Positions 32,734 to 42,928 of a stretch of 64,000 nucleotides of DNA are shown piece after piece. This DNA comes from Candidatus Pacearchaeota archaeon (lineage in GTDB: Archaea; Nanobdellota; Nanobdellia; Pacearchaeales; GW2011-AR1), in NCBI GenBank assembly GCA_018221305.1, contig JAAOYK010000016.1:136-64135 (forward strand), read 5' to 3'. The notes under the pieces are model-generated. The model made no database searches. It saw nothing but the letters and a program-made list of their open reading frames with translations, and had not been told where the DNA came from. How positions within the stretch are numbered: the stretch's first letter is position 1; each line of letters starts with the position of its first letter. A program made the position numbers and the translations under genes.

Positions 32734-34923
32734 ATGAAAAAGATAATTATAAATATCGAAGGAATGCATTGTGCAAGTTGTAGCAGTAATGTTACTAAGA
32801 GTATGAAGAAAATTTCAGGCATAAAGTCAATTAATGTAAATGTTATTGCAAAGAAAGCGTTTATTGAAGCAGATGAAGAAGTGACAGACAAACAATTAAC
32901 AAAGGCTGTCAAAGATGTTGGTTTTAAAGTTACTGGAATTGAATCTGAAAATTCTGAGAGTTCTTCTGCTGTTACTGAGAAAGCAAATGATAAAGAGATA
33001 AAAGAAAAAAAAGAAGCACGAAACTGGTTGATAAAACTTGTTGGTACTTGGATCTTGACATTGCAAATAATGTTCATTATGTACTCAAAAGAGCTTATTG
33101 GAAAATCTATTATTCCAATGAAGACAATGACACCTTTAATGCTTATTTTATCATTCCCAATAATTTTTATTTTTGGGTTTAAAACAATAAAGTCTGGATT
33201 TCGCGGATTTTTAAAATTTTATTTTGGTATGGATTCTTTAATTGCATTAGGAACTGTTGTTGCATATTTAACAGGATTTATGAGCTATTTTATAGATGTT
33301 ACAAGTTTTGCAGGCGTTAGTGGTATGATTATGACTATATTTATCACTGGAAAATATATTGAAAATAAAGCACGAGGACGTGCAACAAGTGAGATTAAAA
33401 AGTTATTAGAGTTAGGAGCAAAAAAGGCTACAGTGCTTAGAGGCAAACAAGAAATAGAAATACCTATTGAGGAAGTAAAATTAGGTGACATAATTATTGT
33501 TCGTCCTGGAGAAAAAATTCCAACAGACGGGATTGTTGTTAAAGGGGCAAGTTTTGTCGACGAAAGTATGGTTACTGGAGAAAGTTTACCTGTTGACAAA
33601 AAAGTTAAAAGCACAGTAATCGGTGCAACAATTAATCAAGACGGTATCTTGCATATAAAAACGACAAAGGTTGGTAAAGATACATTTTTGTCTCATATCA
33701 TAAAACTGGTTGAGGAAGCTCAAGGAACAAAAGTTCCAATTCAAGCAGTAGCAGATAAAGTGACTAACATTTTTGTCCCACTAATTTTAATTTTAACAGT
33801 ACTAACATTTGCTGGATGGATGATTTTTTCAGACTACACTACAGGAAGAATAATTGGTATTGCGATATCTGTTCTTGTTATTGCTTGCCCATGTTCCCTA
33901 GGACTAGCTGTACCAATATCCTTAACTGTTGGAAGCGGAATGGGTGCAAAACGAGGGATATTAATTAGAAAAGGTGAGGCAATACAGACGATGAAACAAG
34001 TAAAAACAATTGTTTTTGATAAAACAGGAACCATTACAAAAGGGAAGCCAGATGTTGCTGGAATTTATGTAATAAATGGGAGTGAGAAAAACTTGATTGA
34101 ATTGGCTGCAAGTTTAGAAAATCAAAGTAATCATCCAATTGCAAAGGCTGTTGTTAAACATGCAAACTTAAAGAAATTTAAATCAGTTAAAGGATTTAAG
34201 ACAATTAGAGGAAAAGGATTGGAAGGAATCATAAATGGGAAAAAGATTATTATTGGAACAGAAGTATTAATGAAAGAAAGGCAAATACCAATTAATAAAA
34301 TTAATAAGAAATTAATAGAATTTGAAGAAAAAGGATATACAACGATGATTATTAGCGAAGGTAAAAAGATTTTAGGAATTATTGGTGTTGCAGATATTGT
34401 AAAAGATGATTCTGTTGCTGCTATTTCAATGTTAAACAAACAAGGATATAATACTGTAATGATTACTGGAGATAATGAGAGAACTGCTAAAGCAATAGCA
34501 AAACAAGTTGGGATAAAGCAAGTTATTGCAAGAGTTCTACCTGAAGATAAAAGCAAAAAAGTAATGGAATTACAAAAACGAGGAATGGTAGCTTTTGTTG
34601 GAGATGGTATAAATGATGCACCTGCATTAAAACAGGCGAATGTGGGAATAGCTATTGGGACTGGAACTGATATTGCAATAGAAGCAGGAGACATAGTTCT
34701 TGCTAAAGGTAGTTTGGTTGGAGTTGTTCAAGGAATAAGACTCAGTAAAGTAACATTTTCAAAAATTAAGCAAAATTTGTTTTGGGCATTTTTTTATAAC
34801 ATTGTTGCGATACCATTAGCAATAAGTGGTGTGTTAAACCCTATAATTGCAGAACTTGCAATGGCAGCATCAAGCATTACTGTTGTTAGTAATGCTAATT
34901 TAATGAGATGGAAAAAAATCTAA
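32734..34923 (+). CDS. copA: Copper-translocating P1B-type ATPase
   Basis: HMA GMHCASC, TGES, CPC in TM6, [17 protein letters not shown]. Confidence 0.95.
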   Translation: MKKIIINIEGMHCASCSSNVTKSMKKISGIKSINVNVIAKKAFIEADEEVTDKQLTKAVKDVGFKVTGIESENSESSSAVTEKANDKEIKEKKEARNWLIKLVGTWILTLQIMFIMYSKELIGKSIIPMKTMTPLMLILSFPIIFIFGFKTIKSGFRGFLKFYFGMDSLIALGTVVAYLTGFMSYFIDVTSFAGVSGMIMTIFITGKYIENKARGRATSEIKKLLELGAKKATVLRGKQEIEIPIEEVKLGDIIIVRPGEKIPTDGIVVKGASFVDESMVTGESLPVDKKVKSTVIGATINQDGILHIKTTKVGKDTFLSHIIKLVEEAQGTKVPIQAVADKVTNIFVPLILILTVLTFAGWMIFSDYTTGRIIGIAISVLVIACPCSLGLAVPISLTVGSGMGAKRGILIRKGEAIQTMKQVKTIVFDKTGTITKGKPDVAGIYVINGSEKNLIELAASLENQSNHPIAKAVVKHANLKKFKSVKGFKTIRGKGLEGIINGKKIIIGTEVLMKERQIPINKINKKLIEFEEKGYTTMIISEGKKILGIIGVADIVKDDSVAAISMLNKQGYNTVMITGDNERTAKAIAKQVGIKQVIARVLPEDKSKKVMELQKRGMVAFVGDGINDAPALKQANVGIAIGTGTDIAIEAGDIVLAKGSLVGVVQGIRLSKVTFSKIKQNLFWAFFYNIVAIPLAISGVLNPIIAELAMAASSITVVSNANLMRWKKI

Positions 34924-35879
34924 ATAATTTTACTTACATCTATAATCTCAAGATTATGCTTTCTTTTATAACTTCTTTTTAGAATTTTTGAATGTATGTT
35001 TTTACTACCAGATTCTACAAAACGCGTGTGACCATCATTAATTGCATATTCAAGAGTTTGTTTCCATCTTACTGAGCCACTTATCTGTAATGCTAATAGA
35101 GATCTTATACTCATAGGATCAGTTACCGGAGCTGCAGTATAGTTTGGAATATAAGGGCTTTCTGAAATATTTATATCAACGTCTTCTAAAACATTTTCCA
35201 TACACTCACTAGCAGGTTCCATTATAGATGAATGAAAAGGACCCTCAACATTAGTAAGGTATGTACATATTTTTGCACCATTTTCTTGTAAATAATTAAC
35301 AGCAGTTATCACAGCATCATTATGACCAGATATTACTATTTGTGTTGGTGAATTTATGTTAGCAACTTCAACCTTACTTTCAAGTGTTGAAAATCTTTCA
35401 CAAGCATTGTCTACTATTGAAGGATCGTCAAGAATAATTGCGGCCATATATGCTGTCCCAGGAATTACTTTTTCTTTTTCTCCATCAGGCCCCTTAGGAA
35501 TGCATCGCGTCATTAACTGAGAGCGTACTTTGACTAGTTTTAATGCATCTTCAAAGCTAAGCATGTCTAAAGCTACAAGAGAAGCATAATTTCCAACAGA
35601 ATGGCCAATAGGTAAATTGGGCTCAAATTGTTGCTTTAGAACAGAAAAGTATGCTAAATTATTTACTAAAATTGCTGGTTGAGTATGGATCGTAGTGTTC
35701 AAATTATTTTCTGGATCTTTATTCATTGACTCTTTAAACATAAAATCTGTTAATCTATACCCTAAAATCTCGTCCCCTGCATCATAAATATATTTTGCTT
35801 CAGGATACTTATCATATAAATCTTTTCCCATACCAACAAATTGACTTCCTTGCCCTGGAAATATAAAACAGGTTTTCAT
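34920..35879 (-). CDS. fabD: Malonyl-CoA:ACP transacylase
   Basis: [14 protein letters not shown], active-site [10 protein letters not shown], later GPFHS. The stop overlaps the copA stop (convergent genes). Confidence 0.85.
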   Translation of the reverse strand: MKTCFIFPGQGSQFVGMGKDLYDKYPEAKYIYDAGDEILGYRLTDFMFKESMNKDPENNLNTTIHTQPAILVNNLAYFSVLKQQFEPNLPIGHSVGNYASLVALDMLSFEDALKLVKVRSQLMTRCIPKGPDGEKEKVIPGTAYMAAIILDDPSIVDNACERFSTLESKVEVANINSPTQIVISGHNDAVITAVNYLQENGAKICTYLTNVEGPFHSSIMEPASECMENVLEDVDINISESPYIPNYTAAPVTDPMSIRSLLALQISGSVRWKQTLEYAINDGHTRFVESGSKNIHSKILKRSYKRKHNLEIIDVSKII

Positions 35880-35972
35880 GTTAATTAAAGAAGCATTTAC
35901 AAATAAATACTTTTGTGTGATTATTTGTTACTCATTAGATAATATTATATACTAAAAACCACTCTATAATTT

Positions 35973-36347
35973 ATGAAAAAAACTATCGCATTTGTTGCGC
36001 ATGATACACAAAAAAAGGTTATGGCGTCCTTTGTTAAAAGGAATAAAAAGTTATTCAGCAAGTTTAATTTAGTCGGGACACAAGGAACTGCTAAAGCTAT
36101 TTATAGAGCTACCGGACTAAAATTAGAAGTATTAGGTCACGGGCCAGACGGAGGGGATGTAATAGTTGCAAGTAAAATACTTGACGAATCAATTAATGTA
36201 ATGTTTTTCTTTATTGATGCGCGTACGCCTCACGGGCATGAGCATGATATTCAAACCTTAATTAGAATGGCAGTTATCAAGAATATTCCTGTTGCTTTAA
36301 ACCAAAATACTGCAGAATTCTTAGTTGATGAAGCTCTTGATGATTAA
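35973..36347 (+). CDS. mgsA: Methylglyoxal synthase
   Basis: IAFVAHDTQK, GTQGTA, GPDGGD, PHGHEHDIQTLIR. Confidence 0.85.
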   Translation: MKKTIAFVAHDTQKKVMASFVKRNKKLFSKFNLVGTQGTAKAIYRATGLKLEVLGHGPDGGDVIVASKILDESINVMFFFIDARTPHGHEHDIQTLIRMAVIKNIPVALNQNTAEFLVDEALDD

Positions 36348-36368
36348 ATAAACCAAACCACGCTATTT

Positions 36369-36779
36369 TTAGATATTTTTTATCTGATAAACATCCCATC
36401 GATCATAACTTATGCATGCAACATATAATAACAAAAAAGTCAGGTCCATTATTATAAATTGTCCGACAATTATTGATAAAGTAATAGACGTAAAAATTAG
36501 ACAGATTCCAATAATTAAAGTAAAACTACCAGAAATAAAATGTGCAAGCAGTCTATGACTTGCTTTGCTTAAATCTACTTTTTCATATTTAAATTCAAAA
36601 TTTCCAAAACAGGCAATTACTGCAATTAAAGAGCTTACCCATAAGAGATTATCTGCCAAATCAGGGTTAATATCAAGACCTAAGCCAGTAAGATAAGTTT
36701 TTATTGGAAAATAAAAACTGATTAAAATAAGAATTAAGAGTATATTTTTGTATGTATTTTCTTTTAGTATCTTTTTCAT
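36369..36779 (-). CDS. Integral membrane protein (4 TM), unknown function
   Basis: Hydrophobic helix pattern only. Confidence 0.45.
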   Translation of the reverse strand: MKKILKENTYKNILLILILISFYFPIKTYLTGLGLDINPDLADNLLWVSSLIAVIACFGNFEFKYEKVDLSKASHRLLAHFISGSFTLIIGICLIFTSITLSIIVGQFIIMDLTFLLLYVACISYDRWDVYQIKNI

Positions 36780-36863
36780 ACCATAATAGTATAATTTAGG
36801 ATATTTAAAGTTAATTCACAATAATCATTATAAACAAGAAACACTCACTAAGAATTACGAAAA

Positions 36864-39377
36864 GTGGGCGTTTGGTTTAATAATTTTCAAGAATTTGAAA
36901 GAAAACAAAAAGAAGATAACAGACTTGTTCTTAATTTTTATTATATCCCAGATCCTGGAGAAAAAGCTAAGAAAGTAAAGATTTTTGCTAAAACTAATGT
37001 TTGTGTATCAACAAGCCATATTTATGGACAAGAAGCAGTTGATGAGATCAAAGAAAAAATTTCTAAGGACAAAGATCTATGCAAATATAAAATAGAAGAG
37101 TGGCCTTCTGGAAATTTTAGCGTTTTAGAGATGGAATTGCCTAAAAATGCGCAGCTTCTAAAAAAATTGCCAGGAAAGTTTGAAACAGGCAATTATGACA
37201 AGACATTAAGATTTCGTGGATTTTATCCTGAACGAAAAATACATTCACAAGATACTGAAAAGTTTTCACGATTGCTAATGAAGTTAAAACCAAACGAAAA
37301 AGGTGAAAAGGAAATAGATTTGTCAAAACTTCAAGAGTATATTAATTTTGAGTTCTTAGGTGAAAACGATATTAGAAACATGCCCTGGCTTTATTTTGAT
37401 ATTGAAAAACCATTATTTAAAAGTGAAAAAGAAAAAGTATATCTTAAGGCAAGAAAAAAATTACTAAAACTTGACAAAAAGCTAGAAGATAGTGATGGTA
37501 AACATGAAAAAAGACTAAAGACCATAAAAACGCTTGAAGAACGTTTAACAGTAGATATTGAGGATGTTGGAAAAGTAAAGTTATGGGAAGACATTGCTGA
37601 TTCTAAAGTATCATCAATTGCAACAATTTGGAAAAATTGTGATGGCAAACAAGGAGAAGTTAAAGAAGTATACATCTGGGATCCAAACATGGAGTATAAG
37701 AAAAAAGAGATTCAAGGATATAAAGTTTTAAGCTTTGAAACAGAAAAGGAATTAATTGCTGCGTTTAACAAGAATATGCAGGAACGAAAACCAGTATTAT
37801 GCTCAGGACATAACGAAGTTTATGATATCACGCAAGTAAGGGAAGCTGCAAAAACTAATAAAGAAACATTTCATCCAGCAGTAGAAGATATTAACCCAAA
37901 ACGGGACTTTGTACGTTCATTTTTCCAGCGACTAAAACAAGACTTAATTTATATTGATACATTATGGCTTAATGCGATATTTTATCCGTGGCTTAGACAA
38001 AAAAGTCTTGGTAGTAGCCTAAAACTTGCATCTGTTGCAAACTTTCATGGAATAGATTTTACAAAGTCATTAACTCATGCACAGTTACGTACAGTCGAGC
38101 TTCAACGATTTTTAGGAAGAACTAAAGAGATTCGTGACCGTGCAGCAGACAGAATTTTTGATTATGTGTGCAGTGATGTTGAGCCTGTAAGAGATATAAT
38201 AGAAAAAGGGCCATTTTTAAGATTACTAGAAAAAATGAAAACAGTAATACCATACTGTACTTTGACAGAACTTGCTTTTCATACTAATTGTGTTAACAAG
38301 CTTCATGATAAAGAACATTACGACCGGTCACATAATCAAAGGTATTGGAAATATAAACAAAAAATGCGCGAAAATGAAGTCCAGATTTTTAAGAAAAGAT
38401 TTCCGCAATTAAAGACAAAAATGATGAAGTGGGCAGGCCTTGAGACTAGAACAAAAAAAGGTGAGCATGAAAACGTTTACCAGTTATATCTACCTTTTGA
38501 AGAATGGATACGTGAATCTAGTTTTATACGTTTTAAAGGATTTAAAACATTATACAAGCATTTAGAAGAAGACGAAAAAATTCCATACTTACAGTACTTG
38601 AAAAATTTGCAACGCGAGGTATTGGTCGACTATTATTTTGCAAGACGTGAAAGTAAAATCTTTAGAGAGCAATCCATTGATACCACAAAATTTGAAGGAT
38701 TAGAAGACATGGTTGATAAAGAAAAGTTGGACAGTTTATATGGATCGTTTAATTTTTTAAAGAACCATTTTAGAAGTATTTACATGGCTTTAGAAGGTAA
38801 AGGTAGACATATACTGCTTCCAAAACGTCGCCAGAAAAAAGCAGGACAATTACAACTTTTTGACGGCGAAGTTCCTGGATATATGTTACATGACCTTGAT
38901 TTATATCTTTTACGTAATAATTGTGACGCAGTGTATCAAAAACTTAACAAACATGGCAAACGAAACTTGACAAGCTTTTTAAAGAATTTTGATAAATTTG
39001 AAGACTTATTATCTGAAGTTGCAAACGACATAAATGATTTAGATATTGATATGAATTCAAAGCGTTTTGTGTTTTTATATAATCAGTGGCAAAGAAAGAA
39101 AAAAACTGAAAACAGGTTTTATGCAAGATATAAACAAAGTGTTTCAAGCATGACTAGCTTAATTTCTAAATCATATGAAAGATTAAGTCAAGAGCTAGAA
39201 AAACATGACGCAGAAATTATTGATCATAAAGGTGACTATATTTTTGTCAAAGCAAAAGATACAATAAAAACTAGTGATTATTTCTATACAGTACGCCATC
39301 TTGCTCAGTATAATACCCAACAGTTTGATCCGCGTGAATTACTAGATTTAGCCGATGAGCAAAGTCTGGCTGCTTAA
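36864..39377 (+). CDS. Highly divergent family-B DNA polymerase-like protein (exonuclease motifs intact, motif A Asp apparently Asn)
   Basis: GTG start. ExoI YFDIE (D179/E181), ExoII GHNEVYDITQV (N317/D321), ExoIII YVCSD (Y434/D438). Motif A-like ENVYQLYLPF (N537). Motif B-like KEKLDSLYG (K619-G627). Motif C-like LHDLDLYLL (D677/D679). Confidence 0.5.
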   Translation: MGVWFNNFQEFERKQKEDNRLVLNFYYIPDPGEKAKKVKIFAKTNVCVSTSHIYGQEAVDEIKEKISKDKDLCKYKIEEWPSGNFSVLEMELPKNAQLLKKLPGKFETGNYDKTLRFRGFYPERKIHSQDTEKFSRLLMKLKPNEKGEKEIDLSKLQEYINFEFLGENDIRNMPWLYFDIEKPLFKSEKEKVYLKARKKLLKLDKKLEDSDGKHEKRLKTIKTLEERLTVDIEDVGKVKLWEDIADSKVSSIATIWKNCDGKQGEVKEVYIWDPNMEYKKKEIQGYKVLSFETEKELIAAFNKNMQERKPVLCSGHNEVYDITQVREAAKTNKETFHPAVEDINPKRDFVRSFFQRLKQDLIYIDTLWLNAIFYPWLRQKSLGSSLKLASVANFHGIDFTKSLTHAQLRTVELQRFLGRTKEIRDRAADRIFDYVCSDVEPVRDIIEKGPFLRLLEKMKTVIPYCTLTELAFHTNCVNKLHDKEHYDRSHNQRYWKYKQKMRENEVQIFKKRFPQLKTKMMKWAGLETRTKKGEHENVYQLYLPFEEWIRESSFIRFKGFKTLYKHLEEDEKIPYLQYLKNLQREVLVDYYFARRESKIFREQSIDTTKFEGLEDMVDKEKLDSLYGSFNFLKNHFRSIYMALEGKGRHILLPKRRQKKAGQLQLFDGEVPGYMLHDLDLYLLRNNCDAVYQKLNKHGKRNLTSFLKNFDKFEDLLSEVANDINDLDIDMNSKRFVFLYNQWQRKKKTENRFYARYKQSVSSMTSLISKSYERLSQELEKHDAEIIDHKGDYIFVKAKDTIKTSDYFYTVRHLAQYNTQQFDPRELLDLADEQSLAA

Positions 39378-39444
39378 AAAAAGAAAATTAAAATATATTC
39401 TCTATATTGATAATTCTTATAAATTAAGAAATAGCTGTTAATTT

Positions 39445-40650
39445 ATGGTAAAAAATGTTCTTTGCCTTGCATTAGGCGGGCATATTTGTAACCAAAATGC
39501 TAGTTTTAGAAGACTTATTGACATACTTGAACCTAAGGAATACAAATTTTTTGGTGGAAAAGATGGGTTTAAATGTTTTGAAACAAGAACTGCTTATGAG
39601 TTAGAAGTTAACAATATTCCAAAAGATTTTGCAGGGTTTGTTGCAGGTTCTGGGAGATATTCATTAAAAGATAAGCAAGGAAATATTGATCCTGAAAAAA
39701 TGCAAAAAGCAAGAGACTTTATTAAAAAAGGAAAATTTGATGCTATCGTTGGAAGCGGAGGAGATGATCATAGTATGCAAATGCATATTTTAAGCAAAGA
39801 GTTAGGAAATTTAGCAGATTTTTATGTTATCAATAAAACAATGGATAATGACCTTGGAGGAAAAAAAGCTTATACTGATTTTACAAATGGATTTCATAGT
39901 GCAGTCAGTCATGGGGTTGAAATGATACATCAACATTATTCAGGGGCATGGACAAATGATCTCCCATATTTAGTTGGACATTTTGGAAGAGAATCTAATT
40001 GGGTTGGAATTGCACTTACTTATTGGGGTCTTGCTGATAAATTTATTTATGGAGAACTTCCAGAAAATCATCCAGGACACTCTATTGAAAAAATATATGA
40101 AACTATCATTAATGCTCAAGATAAAAATGAAAAAGAATTTGGAAGGCGCTTTGCAATGGTTGTTGTTCCAGAAGGAACAAGAATCAGTGGATTTGAGCAT
40201 GCTTCAAAAGACTTAGTTGATGAACATGGGCATCATAAACTTCAGCCAGAACTTTTAGTCAGTCAATTAAAAACTGAACTGCAGAAAAAATATAATTTGA
40301 AAACTCAAACACTTGGAATAACTTATGAGATGAGAAATTTTAGACCCACCATGAGGGATAATGGATTCGGAGAATTGTCTGCAATTATGATTTCTGGAGA
40401 AATAAAAGATGGGAATAGTGGAACTGAAACTGTTTTTAAGATTCAAGACAACAAAATATATGGTGGAACTGATAAAATAGAAAATGTTGCACAAAAAAGA
40501 TTTGCAAACGATTATGATAAGCCATTAATAGATAAAGAAAACTTTGAAGTAACAGATGAGATTGGCAAGTACTATCACGCATTGTTTGGGAACAGAAAAA
40601 AAAGACAAGACATACTTCCAAAAAAGTTAAAATCAATCAGTTTTGATTGA
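39445..40650 (+). CDS. pfk: 6-phosphofructokinase family enzyme (ATP- or PPi-dependent)
   Basis: GSGGDDH, NKTMDNDL, VVPEG, and MRNFRP (MGR-like) motifs of the PFK A family. Confidence 0.8.
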   Translation: MVKNVLCLALGGHICNQNASFRRLIDILEPKEYKFFGGKDGFKCFETRTAYELEVNNIPKDFAGFVAGSGRYSLKDKQGNIDPEKMQKARDFIKKGKFDAIVGSGGDDHSMQMHILSKELGNLADFYVINKTMDNDLGGKKAYTDFTNGFHSAVSHGVEMIHQHYSGAWTNDLPYLVGHFGRESNWVGIALTYWGLADKFIYGELPENHPGHSIEKIYETIINAQDKNEKEFGRRFAMVVVPEGTRISGFEHASKDLVDEHGHHKLQPELLVSQLKTELQKKYNLKTQTLGITYEMRNFRPTMRDNGFGELSAIMISGEIKDGNSGTETVFKIQDNKIYGGTDKIENVAQKRFANDYDKPLIDKENFEVTDEIGKYYHALFGNRKKRQDILPKKLKSISFD

Positions 40651-40719
40651 GAAATATATTTAGTACAGCATAACACACAGCAGTTTGATTCATTGAAGCA
40701 AGCTGCCATGGCTATGTAG
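40651..40719 (+). pseudogene. Relic copy of the 3' end of the polB-like gene
   Basis: Reads EIYLVQHNTQQFDSLKQAAMAM* directly after, and in frame with, the pfk stop. Compare the polB-like tail HLAQYNTQQFDPRELLDLADEQSLAA* at 39306-39377. The A-rich trailers after both stops are also similar. Confidence 0.5.
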
Positions 40720-40739
40720 GGGAGAAAAAAAAACAAAAA

Positions 40740-41063
40740 TTACATACGTTTTAACTTTTCTTCAACAGAAACTTGCTCTTCAATAGAAACTAAAAGACGT
40801 CTTGCATCCCTATAACTCATTTCCAGTCTTTCCCAAGTACCATTTCGCTTCTCTGATTTAAGGATAATTCCTCCATCATATGCATCTACACAGCTCTTAT
40901 CATCAAAAAAAAACCGCTGTCCATATCCAGTATCTTTACTACATGCTTCTTTTAAGTTTCTGTAAAGTTGCCCTGTTTCCTTATCATGAAATTTAATCGC
41001 TTCCCCATTATGAACAACTTCATGATTATCTGCATATCGTCTTGATTTTTTAAACTCTGGCAT
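40740..41063 (-). CDS. Hypothetical protein (107 aa)
   Basis: Start moved to the ATG preceded by AAGGAGGT (MPEFKKSRRY...). No recognised domain. Confidence 0.5.
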   Translation of the reverse strand: MPEFKKSRRYADNHEVVHNGEAIKFHDKETGQLYRNLKEACSKDTGYGQRFFFDDKSCVDAYDGGIILKSEKRNGTWERLEMSYRDARRLLVSIEEQVSVEEKLKRM

Positions 41064-41079
41064 TTTGACCTCCTTACAG

Positions 41080-41328
41080 TTACTTTTTATTCTTATCAGC
41101 CTGAAATCCACCAAGTAAAGCAACAATACAGCCAAGGCCTGCAACGGTCACTAACTCACGCACTAATCCGGGTTGTTTGGGTTCATATCTATTCTCAATC
41201 TTTGTAATACCTAACGCTTCCAAATCTCTATAACTTACTGGCCTATTTTCATCAATATTATTATCCCTATAATGATCTCTTAACTTGTCAAGATCTATTG
41301 ATGGCTTGTAATTATTATTTGATCCCAT
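41080..41328 (-). CDS. Small tail-anchored membrane protein
   Basis: 82 aa with a single C-terminal TM (LVTVAGLGCIVALLGGF). Confidence 0.45.
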   Translation of the reverse strand: MGSNNNYKPSIDLDKLRDHYRDNNIDENRPVSYRDLEALGITKIENRYEPKQPGLVRELVTVAGLGCIVALLGGFQADKNKK

Positions 41329-41427
41329 TTGTTTTATCCTCTAAAATGTTTAATTAATAGTTCATAGGGACAATTAGATAAGTAATATTAGTAGAAAAAA
41401 AATCAACCCAAAAGTTTATAATTTGAG

Positions 41428-42294
41428 ATGTCTCTATATTATATGCCTTACTCAATAGATATACCTGGATTTGGAACGAACGAGAAAAATATTAAGGATT
41501 TAATTGTTAATACGCTAGTTGTTGAGTGGCCGTTAAGCCTTAAGAAGATTCATCACATATTAAAGAAAAGATATAAAGTAAGTGTTTCTTATCAAGCAAT
41601 CCATAAAGCATTAAAAGAATTAAGTGAAAAACGTATTATTTTGAAAAATAAATTAGAATATAGCTTAAATCCGGAATGGATAAAGAATTTAAAAGAATTC
41701 TCAACAAATTTAGAAGAAATGTATGCAGAAAATAATTCATTGATTGGGAAAAAATTAAAAGAAGGGGAAAATATGCAGTCTTTTACGTTTGATAGTTTAG
41801 CTAACCTAGATAGATTTCTCATGCATCAGGTTGAAAAATTTCTAACTAATGATAAATTTAAAGACTTGCCGTGTTATTCTTATTGGAAGTTTGAATGGTG
41901 GCCACTTTTTATCTCACGTGCAGAATATAAAATATTAACAAAAATCCTTAATCCAGCCCGCGTACATTTAGCTGTAAATGATAATTCTGCTATAGCAAAA
42001 TTTTGTGCTAATTTTTATGAAAAAGTAGGCATAAAAAGTAAAATCAATATAGATCTTGAAAACGAGTTTGATTTTGTTATTATTGATGACCTAGTAATAC
42101 AAATTTATACCCCAAAAAAGTTAATTAATAAAATTTCCTCTGCTTTTGATAAGATTGATAACCTAGACCAGATGGATATGGGTGAGATTAACAAACTTTT
42201 TGAGGAAGAAAATGAGATTAATGTCATACTTATGAAGAACAGAACTGTAGCAAACATTTTGTCTGAAAGAGTTGCAAATTATTTTAAAAAATAA
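41428..42294 (+). CDS. Winged-helix (TrmB/MarR-like N-terminus) putative regulator
   Basis: WPLSLKKIHHILKKRYKVSVSYQAIHKALKELSEKRIIL. Confidence 0.45.
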   Translation: MSLYYMPYSIDIPGFGTNEKNIKDLIVNTLVVEWPLSLKKIHHILKKRYKVSVSYQAIHKALKELSEKRIILKNKLEYSLNPEWIKNLKEFSTNLEEMYAENNSLIGKKLKEGENMQSFTFDSLANLDRFLMHQVEKFLTNDKFKDLPCYSYWKFEWWPLFISRAEYKILTKILNPARVHLAVNDNSAIAKFCANFYEKVGIKSKINIDLENEFDFVIIDDLVIQIYTPKKLINKISSAFDKIDNLDQMDMGEINKLFEEENEINVILMKNRTVANILSERVANYFKK

Positions 42295-42427
42295 TCCTCT
42301 AAAAATTGTATCCCTTGAAAAGTGTCTCCTCGGATGTATATGTTCAACTACTACATGTTGTATGCATTTCTATATCTTAAACTACAGCAATATTTATATA
42401 CTAGATTGTTCTAAATAATTTTGTAAA

Positions 42428-42443
42428 CCACAATTTATTGTAG
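42428..42443. promoter_or_regulatory. NrdR-box-like 16-bp palindrome, distal
   Basis: CCACAATTTATTGTAG, 6 of 8 symmetric pairs. Resembles the NrdR-box consensus acaCwAtATaTwGtgt. Confidence 0.55.
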
Positions 42444-42458
42444 TTTTAAAAATGAGGT

Positions 42459-42474
42459 ATACAATATGTTGTAT
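42459..42474. promoter_or_regulatory. NrdR-box-like 16-bp palindrome, proximal
   Basis: ATACAATATGTTGTAT, 7 of 8 symmetric pairs. Centre is 31 bp from the distal box and 25 nt upstream of the nrdR ATG. Confidence 0.6.
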
Positions 42475-42498
42475 GTCTTAAGAATTCGAGGTGATGTG

Positions 42499-42927
42499 AT
42501 GAAATGCATTTTTTGCGGACAAAATACCCATGTAACAGACAAACGAGAAGCCCCTGACGGGACAAGACGACGGCGTGAGTGTAAAAAATGTATGAAACGG
42601 TTCACAACATATGAAAAACCAGAAAAAAAGAGCATAATTATTGTCAAGAGTGACAAAAGACGTGAAAAATTTTCAAAAGATAAGCTAAAAATTGGCTTAA
42701 TGAAGGCTTGCGAAAAACGTCCAGTATCTGTTGACAAAATTGACAAAGTAGTTGAAGAAATTGAAGAAAAATTGCTTCGAAAGGGAAAGGAGGTAAAATC
42801 TGATATGATAGGTAAATTGGTGATGAACAAACTGAAAAAACTTGACAAAATTGCATATATTAGGTTTGCTTCTGTTTACAAACATTTTGACTTAAAAGAA
42901 TTAAAAGAGGAAATCAAAGAATTATAA
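42499..42927 (+). CDS. nrdR: Transcriptional repressor NrdR (zinc ribbon + ATP-cone)
   Basis: MKCIFCG...CKKC zinc ribbon, then an ATP-cone. Start moved from 42466 to the canonical MKC start. Confidence 0.9.
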   Translation: MKCIFCGQNTHVTDKREAPDGTRRRRECKKCMKRFTTYEKPEKKSIIIVKSDKRREKFSKDKLKIGLMKACEKRPVSVDKIDKVVEEIEEKLLRKGKEVKSDMIGKLVMNKLKKLDKIAYIRFASVYKHFDLKELKEEIKEL

Positions 42928-42928
42928 A

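Noticed and set aside
33285-34694. Minus-strand ORFs inside copA (33285-33614, 33834-34034, 34131-34694). Similar antisense ORFs occur inside the cysteine desulfurase (9810-10298), nrdR (42435-42885), nrdJ, the alpha/beta hydrolase (51560-52084), the permease (30635-30985) and the RGG gene (58361-58736).
   Set aside because: All sit opposite genes with strong family motifs and have low-complexity, Pro/Ser/Ile-rich translations. They are shadow ORFs common in AT-rich DNA.
35956-36371. 16-nt imperfect direct repeat (AACCACkCTAT...) flanking mgsA as a third cassette signature
   Set aside because: Only about 12/16 match, with a 6-nt perfect core. That is well within chance expectation for AT-rich DNA.
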